A stretch of DNA of 64,000 nucleotides from Eledone cirrhosa (GCA_964016885.1 OZ024761.1:434001-498000); one strand, 5' to 3'. Counted from the first letter of the stretch, positions 13,601-28,862 are shown. Numbers and translations: made by a program. Notes: generated from the sequence alone by a model not told the origin.

Positions 13601-16600
13601 TGGTCTAGGATGTCTGTGTAACACTGTCTCAGTTATGTGAGCTGTACTGTAATGTGGTCTAGGACGTCTGTGTAACACTATCCCAGTTATGTGAGCTGTA
13701 CTGTGATGTGGTCTAGGATTTCTGTATAACATTGTCCCAGTTATGTGAGCTGTACTGCGATGTGGTCTAGGATGTCTGTGTAACACTGTCTCAGTTATGT
13801 GAGCTGTACTGTGATGTGGTCTAGGATGTCTGTGTAACATTGTCCCAGTTATGTGAGCTGTAGTGTAATGTGGTCTAGGATGTCTGTGTAACACTGTCTA
13901 AGTTATGTGAGCTGTACTGTAATGTGGTCTAGGATGTCTGTGTAACACTGTCCCAGTTATGTGAGCTGTACTGTGATGTGGTCTAGTATGTCTGTGTAAC
14001 ACTGTCCCAGTTATGTGAGATGTACTGTGATGTGGTCTAGGATGTCTGTGTAACACTGTCCCAGTTATATGAGCTGTACTGTAATGTATTCTAGGTTGTC
14101 TGTGTAACACTGTCTCAGATATGTGAGCTGTACTGTAATGTGGTCTAGGATGTCTGTGTAAAAACATTGTCCCAGTTATGTGAGCTGTACTGTAATGTGG
14201 TCTAGGATGTCTGTGTAACACTGTCCCAGTTATGTGAGCTGTAGTGTAATGTAGTCTAGGATGTCTGTGTAACACTGTCCCAGTTATGTGAGCTGTACTG
14301 TAATGTGGTCTAGGATGTCTGTGTAACACTGTCCCAGATATGTGAGCTGTACTGTGATGTAGTCTAGGATATCTGTGTAACACTGTCCCAGTTATGTGAG
14401 CTGTACTGTGATGTGGTCTAGGATGTCTGTGTAACACTGTCCCAGTTATGTGAGCTCTACTGTAATGTGGTCTAGGATGTCTGTGTAACACTGTCTCAGA
14501 TATGTGAGCTGTACTGTAACGTAGTCTAGGATGTCTGTGTAACACTGTCCCAGTTATGTGAGCTGTACTGTAATGTGGTCTAGGATGTCTGTGTAACACT
14601 GTCCCAGATATGTGAGCTGTACTGTGATGTGGTCTAGGATGTCTGTGTAACACTGTCCCAGATATGTGAGCTGTACTGTAATGTAGTCTAGGATGTCTGT
14701 GTAACACTGTCCCAGTTATGTGAGCTGTACTGTGATGTAGTCTAGGATATCTGTGTAACACTGTCCCAGTTATATGAGCTGTACTGTAATGTGGTCTAGG
14801 ATGTCTGTGTAACACTGTCTCAGTTATGTGAGCTGTACTGTAATGTGGTCTAGGATGTCTGTGTAACACTGTCCCAGTTATGTGAGCTGTACTGTGATGT
14901 GGTCTAGGATGTCTGTGTAACACTGTCCCAGATATGTGAGCTGTACTGTTATGTAGTCTAGGATATCTGTGTAACACTGTCCCAGTTATGTGAGCTGTAC
15001 TGTGATGTGGTCTAGGATGTCTGTGTAACACTGTCCCAGTTATGTGAGCTGTACTGTAATGTGGTCTAGGATGTCTGTGTAACACTGTCTCAGATATGTG
15101 AGCTGTACTGTAACGTAGTCTAGGATGTCTGTAAAACACTGTCCCAGTCATGTGAGCTGTACTGTAATGTGGTCTAGGATGTCTGTGTAACACTGTCCCA
15201 GTTATGTGAGCTGTACTGTAATGTGGTCTAGGATGTCTGTGTAACACTGTCTCAGATATGTGAGCTGTACTGTAATGTGGTCTAGGATGTCTGTGTAACA
15301 ACACTGTCCCAGTTATGTGAGCTGTACTGTGATGTGGTCTAGGATGTCTGTGTAACACTGTCCCAGTTATGTGAGCTGTATTGTAATGTGGTCTAGGATG
15401 TATGTGTAACACTGTCCCAGTTATGTGAGCTGTACTGTGATGTGGTCTAGGATGTCTGTGTAACACTGTCTCAGTTATGTGAGCTGTACTGTAATGTGGT
15501 CTAGGACGTCTGTGTAACACTATCCCAGTTATGTGAGCTGTACTGTGATGTGGTCTAGGATTTCTGTGTAACATTGTCCCAGATATGTGAGCTGTACTGT
15601 AATGTGGTCTAGGATGTCTGTGTAACACTGTCTCAGTTATGTGAGCTGTACTGTAATGTGGGCTAGGATGTCTGTGTAACACTGTCCCAGTTATGTGAGC
15701 TGTACTGTGATGTAGTCTAGGATGTCTGTGTAACACTGTCCCAGTTATGTGAGCTGTACTGTGATGTGGTCTAGGATGTCTGTGTAACACTGTCCCAGTT
15801 ATGTGAGCTGTACTGTAATGTGGTCTAGGATGTCTGTGTAATACTGTCCCAGTTATGTGAGCTGAACTGTAATGTGGTCTAAGATGTCTGTGTAACACTG
15901 TCCCAGTTATGTGAGCTGTATTGTAATGTGGTCTAGGATGTATGTGTAACACTGTCCCAGTTATGTGAGCTGTACTGTGATGTGGTCTAGGATGTCTGTG
16001 TAACACTGTCTCAGTTATGTGAGCTGTACTGTAATGTGGTCTAGGACGTCTGTGTAACACTATCCCAGTTATGTGAGCTGTACTGTGATGTGGTCTAGGA
16101 TGTCTGTGTAACATTGTCCCAGTTATGTGAGCTGTACTGCGATGTGGTCTAGGATGTCTGTGTAACACTGTCTCAGTTATGTGAGCTGTACTGTGATGTG
16201 GGCTAGGATGTCTGTGTAACATTGTCCCAGTTATGTGAGCTGTACTGTAATGTGGTCTAGGATGTCTGTGTAACACTGTCCCAGTTATGTGAGCTGTACT
16301 GTGATGTGGTCTAGTATGTCTGTGTAACACTGTCCCAGTTATGTGAGATGTACTGTGATGTGGTCTAGGATGTCTGTGTAACACTGTCCCAGTTATGTGA
16401 GCTGTACTGTAATGTGGTCTAGGATGTCTGTGTAATACTGTCTCAGATATGTGAGCTGTACTGTAATGTGGTCTAGGATGTCTGTGTAAAAACATTGTCC
16501 CAGTTATGTGAGCTGTACTGTAATGTGGTCTAGGATGTCTGTGTAACACTGTCCCAGTTATGTGAGCTGTAGTGTAATGTAGTCTAGGATGTCTGTGTAA

Positions 16601-19600
16601 CACTGTCCCAGTTATGTGAGCTGTACTGTAATGTGGTCTAGGACGTCTGTGTAACACTGTCCCAGATATGTGAGCTGTACTGTGATGTGGTCTAGGATGT
16701 CTGTGTAACACTGTCCCAGTTATGTGAGCTGTACTGTAATATGTCTAGGATGTCTGTGTAACACTGTCTCAGATATGTGAGCTGTACTGTAACGTAGTCT
16801 AGGATGTCTGTGTAACACTGTCCCAGATATGTGAGCTGTACTGTGATGTAGTCTAGGATATCTGTGTAACACTGTCTCAGTTATGTGATCTGTACTGTGA
16901 TGTGGTCTAGGATGTCTGTGTAACACTGTTCCAGTTATATGAGCTGTACTGTAATGTGGTCTAGGATGTCTGTGTAACACTGTCTCAGTTATGTGAGCTG
17001 TACTGTAATGTGGTCTAGGATGTCTGTGTAACACTGTCCCAGTTATGTGAGCTGTACTGTGATGTGGTCTAGGATGTCTGTGTAACACTGTCCCAGTTAT
17101 GTGAGCTGTCCTGTAATTTGGTCTAGGATATCTGTGTAACACTGTCCCAGTTATGTGAGCTGTACTGTGATGTGGTCTAGGATGTCTGTGTAACACTGTC
17201 TCAGTTATGTGAGCTGTACTGTAATGTGGTCTAGGACGTCTGTGTAACACTATCCCAGTTATGTGAGCTGTACTGTGATGTGGTCTAGGATGTCTGTGTA
17301 ACACTGTCCCAGTTATGTGAGCTGTACTGTGATGTGGTCTAGGATGTCTGTGTAACACTGTCCCAGTTATGTGAGCTGTACTGTAATGTGGTCTAGGATG
17401 TCTGTGTAATACTGTCCCAGTTATGTGAGCTGAACTGTAATGTGGTCTAAGATGTCTGTGTAACACTGTCCCAGTTATGTGAGCTGTATTGTAATGTGGT
17501 CTAGGATGTATGTGTAACACTGTCCCAGTTATGTGAGCTGTACTGTGATGTGGTCTAGGATGTCTGTGTAACACTGTCTCAGTTATGTGAGCTGTACTGT
17601 AATGTGGTCTAGGACGTCTGTGTAACACTATCCCAGTTATGTGAGCTGTACTGTGATGTGGTCTAGGATGTCTGTGTAACATTGTCCCAGTTATGTGAGC
17701 TGTACTGCGATGTGGTCTAGGATGTCTGTGTAACACTGTCTCAGTTATGTGAGCTGTACTGTGATGTGGGCTAGGATGTCTGTGTAACATTGTCCCAGTT
17801 ATGTGAGCTGTACTGTAATGTGGTCTAGGATGTCTGTGTAACACTGTCCCAGTTATGTGAGCTGTACTGTGATGTGGTCTAGTATGTCTGTGTAACACTG
17901 TCCCAGTTATGTGAGATGTACTGTGATGTGGTCTAGGATGTCTGTGTAACACTGTCCCAGTTATGTGAGCTGTACTGTAATGTGGTCTAGGATGTCTGTG
18001 TAATACTGTCTCAGATATGTGAGCTGTACTGTAATGTGGTCTAGGATGTCTGTGTAAAAACATTGTCCCAGTTATGTGAGCTGTACTGTAATGTGGTCTA
18101 GGATGTCTGTGTAACACTGTCCCAGTTATGTGAGCTGTAGTGTAATGTAGTCTAGGATGTCTGTGTAACACTGTCCCAGTTATGTGAGCTGTACTGTAAT
18201 GTGGTCTAGGACGTCTGTGTAACACTGTCCCAGATATGTGAGCTGTACTGTGATGTGGTCTAGGATGTCTGTGTAACACTGTCCCAGTTATGTGAGCTGT
18301 ACTGTAATATGTCTAGGATGTCTGTGTAACACTGTCTCAGATATGTGAGCTGTACTGTAACGTAGTCTAGGATGTCTGTGTAACACTGTCCCAGATATGT
18401 GAGCTGTACTGTGATGTAGTCTAGGATATCTGTGTAACACTGTCTCAGTTATGTGATCTGTACTGTGATGTGGTCTAGGATGTCTGTGTAACACTGTTCC
18501 AGTTATATGAGCTGTACTGTAATGTGGTCTAGGATGTCTGTGTAACACTGTCTCAGTTATGTGAGCTGTACTGTAATGTGGTCTAGGATGTCTGTGTAAC
18601 ACTGTCCCAGTTATGTGAGCTGTACTGTGATGTGGTCTAGGATGTCTGTGTAACACTGTCCCAGTTATGTGAGCTGTCCTGTAATTTGGTCTAGGATATC
18701 TGTGTAACACTGTCCCAGTTATGTGAGCTGTACTGTGATGTGGTCTAGGATGTCTGTGTAACACTGTCTCAGTTATGTGAGCTGTACTGTAATGTGGTCT
18801 AGGACGTCTGTGTAACACTATCCCAGTTATGTGAGCTGTACTGTGATGTGGTCTAGGATGTCTGTGTAACACTGTCCCAGTTATGTTAGCTGTACTGTAA
18901 TGTGGTCTAGGACGTCTGTGTAACACTATCCCAGTTATGTGAGCTGTACTGTGATGTGGTCTAGGATGTCTGTGTAACACTGTCTCAGTTATGTGAGCTG
19001 TACTGTAATGTGGTCTAGGACATCTGTGTAACACTATCCCAATTATGTGAGCTGTACTGTGATGTGGTCTAGGATGTCTGTGTAACACTGTCTCAGTTAT
19101 GTGAGCTGTACTGTGATGTGGTCTAGGATGTCTGTGTAACATTGTCCCAGTTATGTGAGCTGTACAGCGATGTAGTCTAGGATGTCTGTGTAACACTGTC
19201 TCAGTTATGTGAGCTGTACTGTAATGTGGTCTAGGATGTCTGTGTAACACTGTCCCAGTTATGTGAGCAGTACTGTGATGTGGTCTAGGATGTCTGTGTA
19301 ACATTGTCCCAGTTATGTGAGCTGTAGTCTAATGTGGTCTAGGATGTCTGTGTAACACTGTCTCAGTTATGTGAGCTGTACTGTAATGTGGTCTAGGATG
19401 TCTGTGTAACAACACTGTCCCAGTTATGTGAGCTGTACTGTAATGTGGTCTAGGATGTCTGTGTAACACTGTCCCAGTTATGTGAGCTGTACTGTAATGT
19501 GGTCTAGGATGTCTGTGTAACACTGTCCCAGATATGTGAACTGTACTGTGATGTAGTCTAGGATATCTGTGTAACACTGTCCCAGTTATGTGAGCTGTAC

Positions 19601-22600
19601 TGTAATGTGGTCTAGGATGTCTGTGTAACACTGTCCCAGATATGTGAGATGTACTGTAATGTAGTCTAGGATGTCTGTATAACACTGTCCCAGTTATGTG
19701 AGCTGTACTGTATTGTGGTCTAGGTTGTCTGTGTAACACTGTCTCAGATATGTGAGCTGTACTGTAACGTAGTCTTGGATGTCTGTGTAACACTGTCCCA
19801 GATATGTGAGCTGTACTGTGATGTGGTCTAGGATGCCTGTGTAACACTGTCTCAGTTATGTGAGCTGTACTGTAATGTGGTCTAGGATGTCTGTGTAACA
19901 CTGTCCCACTTATGTGAGCTGTACTGTGATGTAGTCTAGGATATCTGTGTAACACTGTCCCAGTAATGTGAGCTGTACTGTAATGTGGTCTAGGATGTCT
20001 GTGTAACACTGTCCCAGATATGTGAGCTGTACTGTGATGTGGTCTAGGTTGTCTGTGTAACACTGTCCCAGATATGTGAGCTGTACTGTGATGTAGTCTA
20101 GGATATCTGTGTAACACTGTCCCAGTTATATGAGCTGTACTGTAATGTGGTCTAGGATGTCTGTGTAACACTGTCCCAGTTATGTGAGCTGTACTGTGAT
20201 GTGGTCTAGGATGTCTGTGTAACACTGTCCCAGTTATGTGAGCTGTACTGTGATGTGGTCTAGGATGTCTGTGTAACACTGTCCCAGTTATGTGAGCTGT
20301 ACTGTAATTTGGTCTAGGATATCTGTGTAACACTGTCCCAGTTATATGAGCTGTACTGTAATGTGGTCTAGGATGTCTGTGTAACACTCTCCCAGTTATG
20401 TGAGCTGTACTGTGATGTGGTCTAGGATGTCTGTGTAACACTGTCCCAGTTATGTGAGCTGTACTGTAATGTGGTCTAGGATGTCTGTGTAACACTGTCC
20501 CAGTTATGTGAGCTGTCCTGTAATTTGGTCTAGGATATCTGTGTAACACTGTCCCAGTTATGTGAGCTGTACTGTAATGTGGTCTAGGATGTCTGTGTAA
20601 CACTGTCTCAGTTTCAGTTATGTGAGCTGTACTGTGATGTGGTCTAGGATGTCTGTGTAACACTGTCCCAGTTATGTGAGCTGTACTGTTATGTGGTCTA
20701 GGATGTCTGTGTAACACTGTCCCAGTTATGTGAGCTGTACTGTAATGTCGTCTAGGATGTCTGTGTAACACTGTCTCAGTTATGTGAGCTGTACTGTGAT
20801 GTGGTCTAGGATGTCTGTGTAACACTGTCCCAGTTATGTGAGCTGTACTGTAATGTGGTCTAGGATGTCTGTGTAACACTGTCCCAGTTATATGAGCTGT
20901 ACTGTAACGTATTCTAGGATGTCTGTGTAACACTGTCTCAGATATGTGAGCTGTACTGTAATGTGGTCTAGGATGTCTGTGTAACAACACTGTCCCAGCT
21001 ATGTGAGCTGTACTGTAATGTGGTCTAGGATGTCTGTGTAACACTGTCCCAGTTATGTGAGCTGTACTGTGATGTGGTCTAGGATGTCTGTGTAACACTG
21101 TCCCAGTTATGTGAGCTGTACTGTAATTTGGTCTAGGATATCTGTGTAACACTGTCCCAGTTATATGAGCTGTACTGTAATGTGGTCTAGGATGTCTGTG
21201 TAACACTCTCCCAGTTATGTGAGCTGTACTGTGATGTGGTCTAGGATGTCTGTGTAACACTGTCCCAGTTATGTGAGCTGTACTGTGATGTGGTCTAGGA
21301 TGTCTGTGTAACACTGTCCCAGTTATGTGAGCTGTACTGTAATGTGGTCTAGGATGTCTGTGTAACACTGTCCCAGTTATGTGAGCTGTCCTGTAATTTG
21401 GTCTAGGATATCTGTGTAACACTGTCCCAGTTATGTGAGCTGTACTGTAATGTGGTCTAGGATGTCTGTGTAACACTGTCTCAGTTTCAGTTATGTGAGC
21501 TCTACTGTGATGTGGTCTAGGATGTCTGTGTAACACTGTCCCAGTTATGTGAGCTGTACTGTTATGTGGTCTAGGATGTCTGTGTAACACTGTCCCAGTT
21601 ATGTGAGCTGTACTGTAATGTCGTCTAGGATGTCTGTGTAACACTGTCTCAGTTATGTGAGCTGTACTGTGATGTGGTCTAGGATGTCTGTGTAACACTG
21701 TCCCAGTTATGTGAGCTGTACTGTAATGTGGTCTAGGATGTCTGTGTAACACTGTCCCAGTTATATGAGCTGTACTGTAATGTATTCTAGGATGTCTGTG
21801 TAACACTGTCTCAGATATGTGAGCTGTACTGTAATGTGGTCTAGGATGTCTGTGTAACAACACTGTCCCAGCTATGTGAGCTGTACTGTAATGTGGTCTA
21901 GGATGTCTGTGTAACACTGTCCCAGTTATGTGAGCTGTACTGTAATGTGGTCTAGGATGTCTGTGTATCACTGTCCCAGTTATGTGAGCTGTACTGTAAT
22001 GTGGTCTAGGATGTCTGTGTAACACTGTCCCAGTTATGTGAGCTGTACTGTAATGTGGTCTAGGATGTCTGTGTAACACTGTCTCAGTTATGTGAGCTGT
22101 ACTGTAATGTGGTCTAGGATGTATGTGTAACACTGTCCCAGTTATGTGAGCTGTACTGTGATGTGGTCTAGGATGTCTGTGTAACACTGTCTCAGTTATG
22201 TGAGCTGTACTGTAATGTGGTCTAGGATGTCTGTGTAACACTGTCTCAGTTATGTGAGCTGTACTGTAATGTGCTCTAGGATATCTGTGTAAAACTGTCC
22301 CAGTTATGTGAGCTGTACTGTGATGTGGTCTAGGATATCTGTGTAACACTGTCCCAGTTATGTGAGCTGTACTGTGATGTGGTCTAGGATGTCTGTGTAA
22401 CACTGTCCCAGTTATATGAGCTGTACTGTAATGTATTCTAGGATATCTGTGTAACACTGTCTCAGATATGTGAGCTGTACTGTAATGTGGTCTAGAATGT
22501 CTGTGTAACAACACTGTCCCAGTTATGTGAGCTGTACTGTGATGTGGTCTAGGATGTCTGTGTAACACTGTCCCAGTTATGTGAGCTGTACTGTAATGTA

Positions 22601-23835
22601 TTCTAGGATGTCTGTGTAACACTGTCTCAGATATGTGAGCTGTACTGTAATGTGGTCTAGGATGTCTGTGTAACACTGTCCCAGTTATGTGAGCTGTACT
22701 GTGATGTGGTCTAGGATATCTGTGTAACACTGTCCCAGTTATGTGAGCTGTACTGTAATGTGGTCTAGGATGTCTGTGTAACACTGTCCCAGTTATGTGA
22801 GCTGTACTGTGATGTGGTCTAGGATGTCTGTGTAACACTGTCCCAGTTATGTGAGATGTCCTGTAATGTTGTCTAGGATATCTGTGTAACACTGTCTCAG
22901 TTATGTGAGCTGTACTGTAATGTGGTCTAGGATGTCTGTGTAACACTGTCCCAGTTTTGTGAGCTGTACTGTAATGTGGTCTAGGATGTCTGTGTAACAA
23001 CACTGTCCCAGATATGTGAGCTGTACTGTAATGTGGTCTAGGATGTCTGTGTAACACTGTCCCAGTTATGTGAGCTGTACTGTAATGTGGTCTAGGATGT
23101 CTGTGTAACACTGTCCCAGTTATGTGAGCTGTACTGTAATGTGGTCTAGGATGTCTGTGTAACAACACTGTCCCAGATATGTGAGCTGTACTGTAATGTG
23201 GTCTAGGATGTCTGTGTAACACTGTCCCAGTTATGTGAGCTGTACTGTAATGTGGTCTAGGATGTCTGTGTAACACTGTCCCAGTTATGTGAGCTGTACT
23301 GTAATGTGGTCTAGGATGTCTGTGTAATACTGTCCCAGTTATGTGAGCTGTACTGTAATGTGGGCAAGGATGTCTGTGTAAAACTGTCCCAGATATGTGA
23401 GCTGTACTGTAATGTGGTCTAGGATGTCTGTGTAACACTGTCCCAGTTATGTGAGCTGTACTGTGATGTGGTCTAGGATGTCTGTGTAACACTGTCCCAG
23501 TTATGTGAGCTGTACTGTAATGTGGTCTAGGATGTCCGTGTAACACTGTCCCAGTTATGTGAGCTGTACTGTAATGTGGTCTAGGATGTGTGTGTAACAC
23601 TGTCCCAGTTATGTGAGCTGTACTGTAATGTGGTCTAGGATGTCTGTGTAACACTGTCCCAGTTATGTGAGCTGTACTGTGATGTGGTCTAGGATGTCTG
23701 TGTAACACTGTCCCAGTTATGTGAGCTGTACTGTAATGTGGTCTAGGATGTCCGTGTAACACTGTCCCAGTTATGTGAGCTGTACTGTAATGTGGTCTAG
23801 GATGTCTGTGTAACACTGTCCCAGTTATGTGAGCA
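10637..23835. repeat. 54-bp tandem satellite, ~13.2 kb, about 244 units, with higher-order duplications
   Basis: Unit gtaacactgtcccagttatgtgagctgtactgtaatgtggtctaggatgtctgt; degenerate units continue to ~23945. Confidence 0.97.
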
Positions 23836-23942
23836 GTTACTTTAATATGTGCCAAGGACAGTTTTGTGTTAAATAGTAGCTACACCACTGCCCCAGATAT
23901 GTCAGCAGCACTGAAAAGTGGGTCAGGGGATTCAGTCATGTA

Positions 23943-24047
<105 letters not shown>

Positions 24048-24170
24048 CATATACGTACATTATATACATATCTATATATATATATATATATATATATACG
24101 TACATTATATACATATCTATATATATATACACATACTTACATTATATATATATATATATATATATATATG

Positions 24171-24217
<47 letters not shown>

Positions 24218-24602
24218 GTGTAGTTGTATCCAAGACTGTGCAAAGAATTAGGCGTTCTTCGCCAGAAATCTGAATCTACTTCAAACTATGGCACCACCAC
24301 CGACAATAAAAGGAAAAAGAATCTCTTCCGCTTCAAACCAAACAAAAGAGAACCTCTACGCACTTAATTTCATGTGCTAAAAATAGCAACCAATTTTTTA
24401 CTCTAATTATACCGTAACCTATACAGCACAGCAACACATTTTTTGAAAATATGAAACGAAGCAAACATTATGTATTGTACAGTATAAGAAGATGAAAGGT
24501 GAGATAGTGTAAGAAAACATAATGTAGAATGTGTGAGCGTGTAAATGAGAGAGAGAGAGAGAGAGAGGGAGAGAGAGGGGGGGAGGGGGGAAAGGTCTAG
24601 GG

Positions 24603-25141
24603 CAGTGGTTCTGTAAGTGAGCGCTACTGCACTCCGGGGGTGTCATTGAGTAAGTCCGAGGGCGCTGGAGCGTAATGGGTGGTAGTAGGGTCGGTAGAGA
24701 TGATATAATAGTATATTAAATATCAAATTATATATATATATAGTAAAATAAAAAATATATAATATCTATTTGTACAGATATATATATATAAATGAATAGG
24801 GTTGGTAGGTTGGCAGTATCGGTAGAATTCGGACGCCATGCTTTGTAGCATAGAGATGTGTCCCGTTACGTTCTGAGTTCAACTTTGCCTTTCATCCTTA
24901 CGGGGTCGATAAAATAAAGTACCAGTAATGCTCTGGGGTCGATTTAATCGACTTTCCTCCTCCCCCAAATCACTGGCATTGTGCCTGTAGTAGAAATCAT
25001 TAACTATATATATAAATTAATGATTTTATATATTATTTAAATTTTGCGTGTCTCTGTCTCTGTCTGAAAATAGGGGTGGGGTTGCTGAAGGTAACATGTG
25101 GGCGTGGGGGGGGGGGGGGGCTAAAAGCTTGAGGACTTCTG
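24603..25141. mobile_element. Degraded hAT (Charlie-type) MITE with a nested SINE (~24800-25000, +)
   Basis: Ends cagtggttct... / ...gaggacttctg; candidate 8-bp TSD gtctaggg/gtttacgg; right end resembles the end at 44780. Confidence 0.45.
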
Positions 25142-25590
25142 GTTTACGGCTAGGATTGTTAAGCAACGAAATAAAAGCGAAAGGGGAGAGGGTGGCGGAC
25201 TCTACACCTTAGTCTGAATGATGCTTCAGCTGCACCCGACGTTTAAAATGGCAAAGACATTTCCGTGGAGGACAATGTCCAGCCCAGCGACACCTATTGA
25301 AACAAATAACACCCCGCCCATCTCGTGAGGCCCCTTCTTCAGACTGGCTGCTGTTGTTCCGATTTTTACAGAAGAGGTCGGTTGTACGGCGACCGATGCA
25401 AAGCGGATGCAGCCGGACAAACCCCAATGTGTTGGCTTGGCTACTTGTCCTCTGCATTGCTGATAATACAAAAGACGTGATTGTTATGTCTGGAACGTCT
25501 TTTGGTGATCATAGGGTTGCTTCATGATCGGGGTTGACTGTGGGCTAAACAGTAACAATTTGTTTGTGTGTTTTCTCTGTTTTGTGACAT

Positions 25591-25695
<105 letters not shown>

Positions 25696-25970
25696 AATGA
25701 AGTAATTCCGTCGGAAAAGTCCAGGAAAAAAGAGTGCTCTATGTAAGCAACAGAGCTTAATTATTATTATGTAATAAACAACATAAGGCAATTATTGCCT
25801 TATGTTGTTTATTACATAATAATATATATATATATATATATTATTATATATATACACATATATATATACATATATATATATATATAAACATGTATTTAAA
25901 AACAATGAAGCCGCGGTAATGGGAAGTAGATAGATATTAGCACTTGTAGGTTCGAATCCCGTATGTGAAA

Positions 25971-26030
<60 letters not shown>

Positions 26031-26033
<3 letters not shown>

Positions 26034-26250
26034 TGTCAACATGAATGGACCTATTATTTTTTATCTAAAGACATTTTTTTCCAATTCCATCCCGCCCGTC
26101 CCCTTAATCTATTTTATTTCTCATTCTTTCTTCTGATGAAGGACTAGCGTCCGAAACGTTAAGACCCTCTTTCCGCTATATCAAGGGTTAACCTAATATA
26201 TACCTTCCATATACTGTACCGATTGTGTTGTTATTTCTGTTTACCTTTTA
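26031..26250 (+). mobile_element. Short non-coding hammerhead-bearing element between (TA)n tracts
   Basis: Homologous to 8941-9110; contains the hammerhead at 26129-26164. Confidence 0.65.
26129..26164 (+). ncRNA. Minimal type I hammerhead ribozyme (extra A after the core)
   Basis: TCTT-CTGATGA-a-GGAC-tagc-GTCC-GAAAC-GTT-AAGA; perfect stems I and II. Confidence 0.75.
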
Positions 26251-26509
26251 CATACATATATATATATATGAATATATGCATACATACATAAATATACACA
26301 CGTTGTTTTGATCTTCTGTGGGTTACAATAATGAGTTTTCTAATTGTTTGAACAACAGAACAGCCTGCTCGTGAAATTATCGTGCAAGTGGCCGCACATT
26401 CCACAGACACGGGCATTCTAACGTAGTTTACCAAGGCAGTCAGTGTTACACAATACGTGACAACACTGTCAGTTTGAATTACTGTTGCAACTTATGTTTA
26501 CCAGATGAA

Positions 26510-26602
26510 AGAGAGAGGGAGAGAGAGGGAGATAGACACTGATAGATAAAGAGAGAGGGGGGTCAGAGAGAATCCGAGAGAGAGATAGAGACTGATAGAT
26601 AG

Positions 26603-26666
<64 letters not shown>

Positions 26667-26681
26667 GGAGAGAGACTGATT

Positions 26682-26753
<72 letters not shown>

Positions 26754-26820
26754 TCAGATACTGAGAGAGTGATATCAAAAAAAGGGAGAGGCAGAAACCG
26801 AGAGAGAAAGATAGACAGTG

Positions 26821-26863
<43 letters not shown>

Positions 26864-27299
26864 AGAGAGAGAGACAGAGACTGTGGCAGAGACACAGAGA
26901 GAGAGAGAGATAGAGAGAGAGAGATAGAGAGAGAGAGAAACAGAGACAGAGAGACAAAGAAAGAAAGAGACAGAGAGAAAGAGAGAGAGAGACAGAGAGA
27001 GAGTTTGACAGACAGGCAGTAACAAAGAGAGAGAATTATAGATTAAAAAATTATGAACAATTATCAAGCGTTATTTATTTTTTTTAAATTGATTAAAAGA
27101 AACTCGACGACGACAAGAAAAATAAACATTTGAAAAAAATATCATTTTTCTGTCTAAACAACAGACGTTCTTACAGTGATCGATATATATATATGTGACC
27201 CCCACACCGCCTCCTCTTCCTTCTCTTCCTTAAAAAGAATACCATACACACATACATTCATATATATGTATATATATACACACATGCATACATGCATAC

Positions 27300-27381
<82 letters not shown>

Positions 27382-28400
27382 GCATATATATATATATATA
27401 TATATACATACACATGCATACATGCATACATATATATATATATTTATATATATATACACATACACACACATGCATATATATATATATGTGCATGTGTGTA
27501 TACACATATAGATGCATATGTATATATATATATACACACACGTACACACACACACATATTTATATACACATATACACACACACACGCACACACACACACA
27601 CATATATATATACACCCATACATACATATATACACACATACATACATATATATACACACACATATATATATACATACACATACATACAGATGTATAACAC
27701 AAAATCAATGTGACACCCACTCCTTCACTACACACAAAAAGAACATACCGGTATATACACACACACACAGATTCACACACACACATACATACACACATTC
27801 TCACACACACACATACATATACACGCATACACACTCACTCACACACACCCAAACACACTCACATATACACGCACACATCCACACATCCATACACACTCAC
27901 TCACACATACACACTTCCACAAAATCAATCTATGACGACCTTTCCAATTCACACACATTCACACATAGTCACACACACACACATATATATATACACACAC
28001 ATATACACGCTCACACACACACATATATACACACACATACAAACACAGTCACATATTCACACATATAAACACACAGTCACATATACACAAAGTCACATAC
28101 ACACATACACACACATATACACACATACACATACACATATACACAGTCACATATACAGTCACATACACACATACACACAGTCACATACACAGACTCACAT
28201 ACACAGACTCACATACACACACTCACATACAAGGACTCACATACACACACTCACACAGTCACATACACACAGTCACATATACACACATATACACGCAGTC
28301 ACATACACACGCATATGCACACATACACACACATTCACATACACACACAGTCACATAATACATACACACACAGTCACATATACACACACACACACACAAT
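26510..28400. repeat. (GA)n/(GATA)n followed by (TA)/(CA) microsatellite mosaics
   Basis: Directly visible. Confidence 0.9.
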
Positions 28401-28589
28401 GTAACCCCCCACCCCTCTTCTAAAACATCTCCATCAATATAAACATACCAAATACATGTGTGACACCCCCGTCTAAATCACACACACACACATACATACA
28501 TACATACATACATACATACATACATACATACATACATACACACACACACAGAATATGTGACTATCCCTCCAAAATATGTGCACACACAT

Positions 28590-28862
28590 ACACACAATAA
28601 ACTTGACCACACACACATACACACAATGAACTTGACCACACACACACATACACACAATGAACTTGACCACACACACACATACACACAATGGACTTGACCG
28701 CACACACACATACACACAATGGACTTGACCACACACACACATACACACAATGAACTTGACCACACACACACATACACACAATGGACTTGACCACACACAC
28801 ACATACACACAATGAACTTGACCACACACACACATACACACAATGGACTTGACCGCACACAC
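28590..28862. repeat. ~33-bp minisatellite (cacacacatacacacaatgRacttgacc), about 8 units
   Basis: Directly visible tandem units. Confidence 0.9.

Noticed and set aside
10637-23835. CRISPR-like array
   Set aside because: Contiguous units with no unique spacers, in a eukaryotic context; it is a satellite
25209-25527. Cys-rich GC-richer segment (GRGVICFNRCRWAGHCPPRKCLC), possibly a Ginger/KRBA-like transposase C-terminus or an exon
   Set aside because: Similarity is vague and needs a frameshift; no PKG match and no convincing splice sites
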